Origin: the human T2T-CHM13v2.0 reference genome, Homo sapiens
Length of the DNA: 64,000 nucleotides
Strand: one strand, 5' to 3'
Assembly: GCF_009914755.1 (NCBI RefSeq)
Contig: NC_060933.1
Under the pieces are notes generated by a model that was not told the DNA's origin, made no database searches, and was given only the letters and a program-made list of their open reading frames with translations. This document shows, in pieces, positions 59,430 through 64,000 of this stretch (its first letter is position 1; the number at the start of each line of letters is the position of its first letter). The translations under genes and the position numbers were made by a program.

Positions 59430-59750
59430 TGCTTCCTTTTTAATTACGAATTCTATCTTTCAATAATTTCTCTCTTATTGAGTTTTGCTATATGCTATTG
59501 GAAGAAATCATGCAGCTCCATCAGTGCTTTGCTACGGATAGATTTCTTCAGCCAGATATCCTAGTACATGGCTCATAAATTCTGCCACTCAAACAGGGAC
59601 ATAATTCAGCCAAGTTCTTTGCCACTTTATAATAAGGATATCATTTCTCCAGTTCCCAATACCTTGTTCCTCATTTCCATCTGAGACCTCATCAGAATTA
59701 CCTTTACTGTCTATATTTCTATCAACACTCTGGTCACGATCACTTAAGTA

Positions 59751-60088
59751 GAGTTGTCCCTCAGTATCTATAAGGAATTGGTTCCAAGACCCCCAATTGA
59801 TACCAAAATCCATGACTGCTCAAGTTCCTTATGTAAAATGTCATAGTATTTGCATATAATCTATGCACATCCTTTCATATGTATACTTTAAATCATCTCT
59901 AGATTACTTACACTACCTAATACAAAGCTTACACATTACTTCAACAGTACAGTATTCAACATTGTACTTGGCACACTGCAAATTCAAATTTTGTGTTTTG
60001 GAACATTGTGAATTTTTTCCTAAATATTTTTTATCCATGTTTTGTTGAATCCACAGATGTGGGATTCATGGACATGGAAGGGCAACTA
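59751..60088. mobile_element. MER2-like TcMar-Tigger DNA transposon
   Basis: TIR remnants agttgtccct / agggcaact; TA on both flanks; internal ataccaaaatcca...gctcaagttccttat. Confidence 0.8.
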
Positions 60089-60470
60089 TAATCTCTAAGA
60101 AGTTTCCGCCTTTCTCTACAGTTATCTTTTTCTGAGCACTCACAAGAATTGCCCTTAACTCTTTATTTACATCAATCAAGGCTTTTTCTAGCCTGCTCCT
60201 CCAAATTCTTCCAGCCTTTACCCTTTACTCAGTTCAAAGCCGCTTCTACATTTTAGGTATTGATTATGGCAACAGCCCCACATCTGGGCACCAATTTTTT
60301 GTCTTAGCCCGTTTTGTGCTACTGTAATAGAATACCTGAGACTGGGTAATTTATACTAAACATAAATTTATTTTCTTACAGTTCTGGAGGCTGTGAAGTC
60401 CAAGCTTGAGGGGTTGGCCCCTGGCAAGGGCCTTCTTACTTTACCACAATGCCATGATCGAAGGTGGAAG

Positions 60471-61160
60471 TGTGGCAGGCCAGTTCTCCCTGACAATCAC
60501 ACAGACAGGCCTGCCTAGCACCCCAGTTAGATAGACAGATTTCCACAGCACTGCCTTAACACTGAGCGGATAGTTAAACCTAAGGAAATCGTGCCCAGAC
60601 ATCAAAGCTAGAAATGAAAAATATGGTCAGTAGGAGGTTTGCATGGGCTTTTCCCTTGCTGGAGCAAGGGAGAATGATAGAGACACCCTTACATCCCTAG
60701 TGCCAGGACCCGTCTCTGGTTGATGAAATCTGAGATGAGTCAAGGTAACGGAGGCAGCTGTTTGAATAGATTTATTGGAGAGTCTAAGGCAGCTCTCTGA
60801 ACCAAGCTGTAAAGGAGATAGGCTAGAAATAATCACTCCAGTACCACAGTAGACAGGGCTTGAAGGTACTGGGAACCTTACAGCTTAATCAAACTTAGCA
60901 AGCACTTTTTTGCCTCTGACCTTCTAGCTGAAACAAAATTCGTTACAATAGACTTCGGTGAATGCTTCACATTGGCACATGACCCCAGCCTAGATAAGCA
61001 CTAAGAAAATTGTTACACTTCGAGTTGGTCTGGTGGAATTATCGCTGACCTACTCCCTGAGTCTGGTTATAGCAGTAAATTCCCTTCTTTCCTAGTTTGT
61101 CTGCTTCTCCTTATTGGGCCCTGAGAAAATGCAGCCGGACCTGGCTAGGTTCCGGAAACA
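60471..61160 (+). mobile_element. Solo ERV LTR inserted in the MaLR LTR (family uncertain)
   Basis: TG...CA ends, 690 bp; 4-bp TSD GAAG; AGTAAA at 61074; MaLR LTR sequence resumes after it. Confidence 0.8.
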
Positions 61161-62574
61161 GAAGAGCAAGAAAGAGAGCTTACTCACCAAAACCCATTTT
61201 ATTAAGGCTTTAAACTCGCCCATGAGGATTGAGCTCTCAAGGCCTAATCACCTCTGCAAGGCTCCACCTCTTAACACTATTACAATGGCAGTTAAATACC
61301 AACATGAGTTTTGGAGGGCACAAATATTTAAGCCATAGCAATAGCTATTACTTCAGATTTTGAAGATGGCTTTGAAGATTTTGCATTTTCAATCATAATT
61401 TTAAGAAACATTTTCACTGTATATTTTCCCTAGATCTTGACTTTCCAAAAGTGTCATAAGAACAAAATGTGTTCCATGTCTACCATTCATCTGCCTTCTG
61501 AAATAAAATTATTCTCCCAGAAAGAACACAAAATTAATTATTTTAATTAATGGTCTAAATGTTAGAGGAATATCACTATATCACTGTAAGTTTTAGTTGC
61601 CTAGATTGATAATAAGTTTTACATTAATAACATTTTCAACAATTAATGTTACAGTCAATGGGAGTCATATTTTTATATTTCTTTAAGTCAAAATCCACAG
61701 TTGATATTTTGTTATAGTGAGTTCAAGTGATTTTTAGCTAACTGTTCTCATGTTTAATTTGCTATGCTGCTATGAAATATCAGTGTTCTAAAGAACTGTG
61801 GAACTAGAATATGGGGTAGAGAAGATAAAATAGTTAAATTAAAATCCATATTTATAATTACATACTTTAATTTTGTCATAAAATTAATTCTCTTTCAAGA
61901 TTTGCAAAGTCAAATGTTCTGTGTTCTCAATATTTTCATGGATTACTTAAGCTTTGAGAAACCTAGCTTACTGATTTATGAATTTGCAAGTTATCTTGAA
62001 ATATTTTCTGTGGAATCTGTGGTAATTTATTAGCTGCTTTAGAGTTTAAAAGCAGAGAAATATTTAATTCATTTTAAGATGCATTTGTGGGACAAATACT
62101 ATCAGAAATAATGTGATTACTTTCACAATACTTTTACCTTTTTTAAAGTTCTTTTTATGTTTTCTCTTGTATCAGAGACAAGTATTTACACTCAGCTTAT
62201 GTTGCCAAGATAGGGAACATTCTTCATACTATCTACTCATTCATTCACTACATTAGGTGTTGGAAACAGAACAGTTGAGGTTCTAACTAGGACACTGTTT
62301 ACAGACAGGAATCTTGTAAGCAAGAAAGTAAATCTGAGAAGGTCATGATAGTAAGAGTATAGTAAATATTTGTTACATTGAAGTGAATTTAAAAATTTAT
62401 AACAAGAACATTAATGACAATTTGTAAACGACAACTAATGATTACATTTCACCACTGAAAATCAAGATACTAGTAATTAAGATCAATTATAATACTTATC
62501 ATTGAAGGGGAAAAAGCACTGATGAAGAAGAAAATGCAACTGAAATGTCCTCCCACTTTTTCATGACTCTCAAA

Positions 62575-62765
62575 GGATAGCAACATTTCAAAGTAGCTAG
62601 AAAAGAGGACTGGAAATGTTACCAACACATAGAAACAATAAATACTCAAAGTGATGGATACCCCAACTACCCTGACTCAATCATTACACATTCTATACAC
62701 GTAAAAATTCTCACATGTACCCCATGAGCATGTAAAATATTATGTGCCAATAAAAGAAAAAAATA
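62575..62765 (+). mobile_element. L1MA 3'-end fragment
   Basis: gtgatggatacccc...atcattacacatt...cacatgtacccca followed by an A-rich tail. Confidence 0.8.
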
Positions 62766-63227
62766 GAACAAGATTTAAAAATGATAATCTTGATTAAAAT
62801 GGTTACTGCCTCTGGCTTGCTCGGCTCCATCATTCTGATTTCCTCTAGTTCAACTGGGAGTAAAAATAATTGTGTGTGTTTTTTTTCCCCTTAGGTCAAA
62901 TGCATTGTTCTGTAAAAAGTGGGTTATTTATTGACTTTTAATCCCAAGATGTGTTTAAGATATATGCTTCTTACATATTTTTACCAACTTTTTTCTAAAA
63001 GAAAAAAAGAAAACTCAGGGAAAATATATCTCATGTGAAGTTAAATATGGAAAACGTTTTATCTTACCTTAAAAGTAATTAATAACCTGTGATTATGAGC
63101 CCAATGGGGGCATTATGGCTGAGCCAATGAGTGTGTCTTGTGCATCTACTGTGCGTCTGACTCTAACCTAGAGGCTGCTGAGTAAAAAGTGTGGTTGTAG
63201 GAAACTGAATCCTAATCTCCTAAGAAA

Positions 63228-63267
63228 GTGTGTGTGTGTGTGTGTGTGCGCGCGCGCGCGCGTGCAT
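63228..63267. repeat. (GT)10(GC)7GTGCAT alternating purine-pyrimidine tract
   Basis: Seen directly. Confidence 0.92.
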
Positions 63268-64000
63268 AGGTGTGGATGCAGGTCTGGATGGAGTAGGAGA
63301 GGTGGTTAGGTATTGACTCAACCCATGATAAAGAGGTGACTCAGGCAAGAGCAGTTTCTCATACTCAGGGAAAGAACATTCCGGGAGCTAAGTGGGAAGC
63401 AGAAATCCAGTAAGAAAGAAGGAGGTGATTAGAGCTCATGAATGGAATTGGGCCAACTCCGTGTGTCATTGCTTCAGGATTGGCTCTTTCACAGGTAAAA
63501 GCAAATGTGGAGTACCTGGACATGGAGCTGGAGTGAGTGTCAAGTAGAGGAGCAATAAACAGTGAGTCACATATGGACAGGAATAGCCACATGTTGTCTA
63601 TTAATTTGGATTTTGCTTTCCACGGTCAGTTATGCCTGCTATGACATGGTATGAAATGGGGATCAGCCATTCAAAGAATCCAAAATAGCAGATAACTTAC
63701 TTATAAGTGCCTGCATGGAAAAGGGATGGCTAGGGAACCATATCTGCAAAGTAACATGCTTGTTTCTTCACACACACACACATACACACACACATTTTAA
63801 GATACTTTTCCATTGTATTCTTTCCCTAGATCTTGGCTAGCCACAAGTATCATGAAAACATTATATATACATACGCACACACACACAACACATATATATA
63901 TACACATATAAATATATATGTAAAATTATTTCAGGTTCTGAGGGCTTTCAAAATACTACTCAAAGTTTTTATGAAGTTAATGATGGTTTTATTTCATTTG

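Overview
AT-rich, repeat-dense primate (human) genomic DNA. The only gene-like structure I can support is the unitary pseudogene CYP1D1P (formerly CYP1A8P) on the + strand. It has six formerly coding exons (ATG 5536 to about 19422/19491) with CYP1A-like exon sizes and phases. It has no frameshift, but carries in-frame stops at codons 43, 142, 206, 480 and 515 and a GC donor after the fourth coding exon. From prior knowledge this locus lies on 9q21 between TMC1 and ALDH1A1, but I recognised no exon of either gene in the window. The rest is interspersed repeat: 13 Alus (including a 5'-truncated AluYa5 with a 53-nt A tail), a full-length L1PB inside an MST LTR, a HERV-K(HML-2) LTR5_Hs-type solo LTR, a two-LTR MaLR provirus with three nested insertions, other solo LTRs, and L1M/L2/MIR relics. 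I found no convincing novel biological system. The best leads are: (1) a liver-type nuclear-receptor motif cluster upstream of the pseudogene, including a 14/15 match to the CYP3A4 PXR DR3; (2) an old duplicate of the last exon's 3' end, which suggests the 'fifth nonsense' codon is the ancestral stop; (3) splice-site lesions and a possible signal-anchor micropeptide; (4) several short dispersed duplications and palindromes. Repeat subfamily calls are from memory of consensus sequences, and old-repeat boundaries are approximate.
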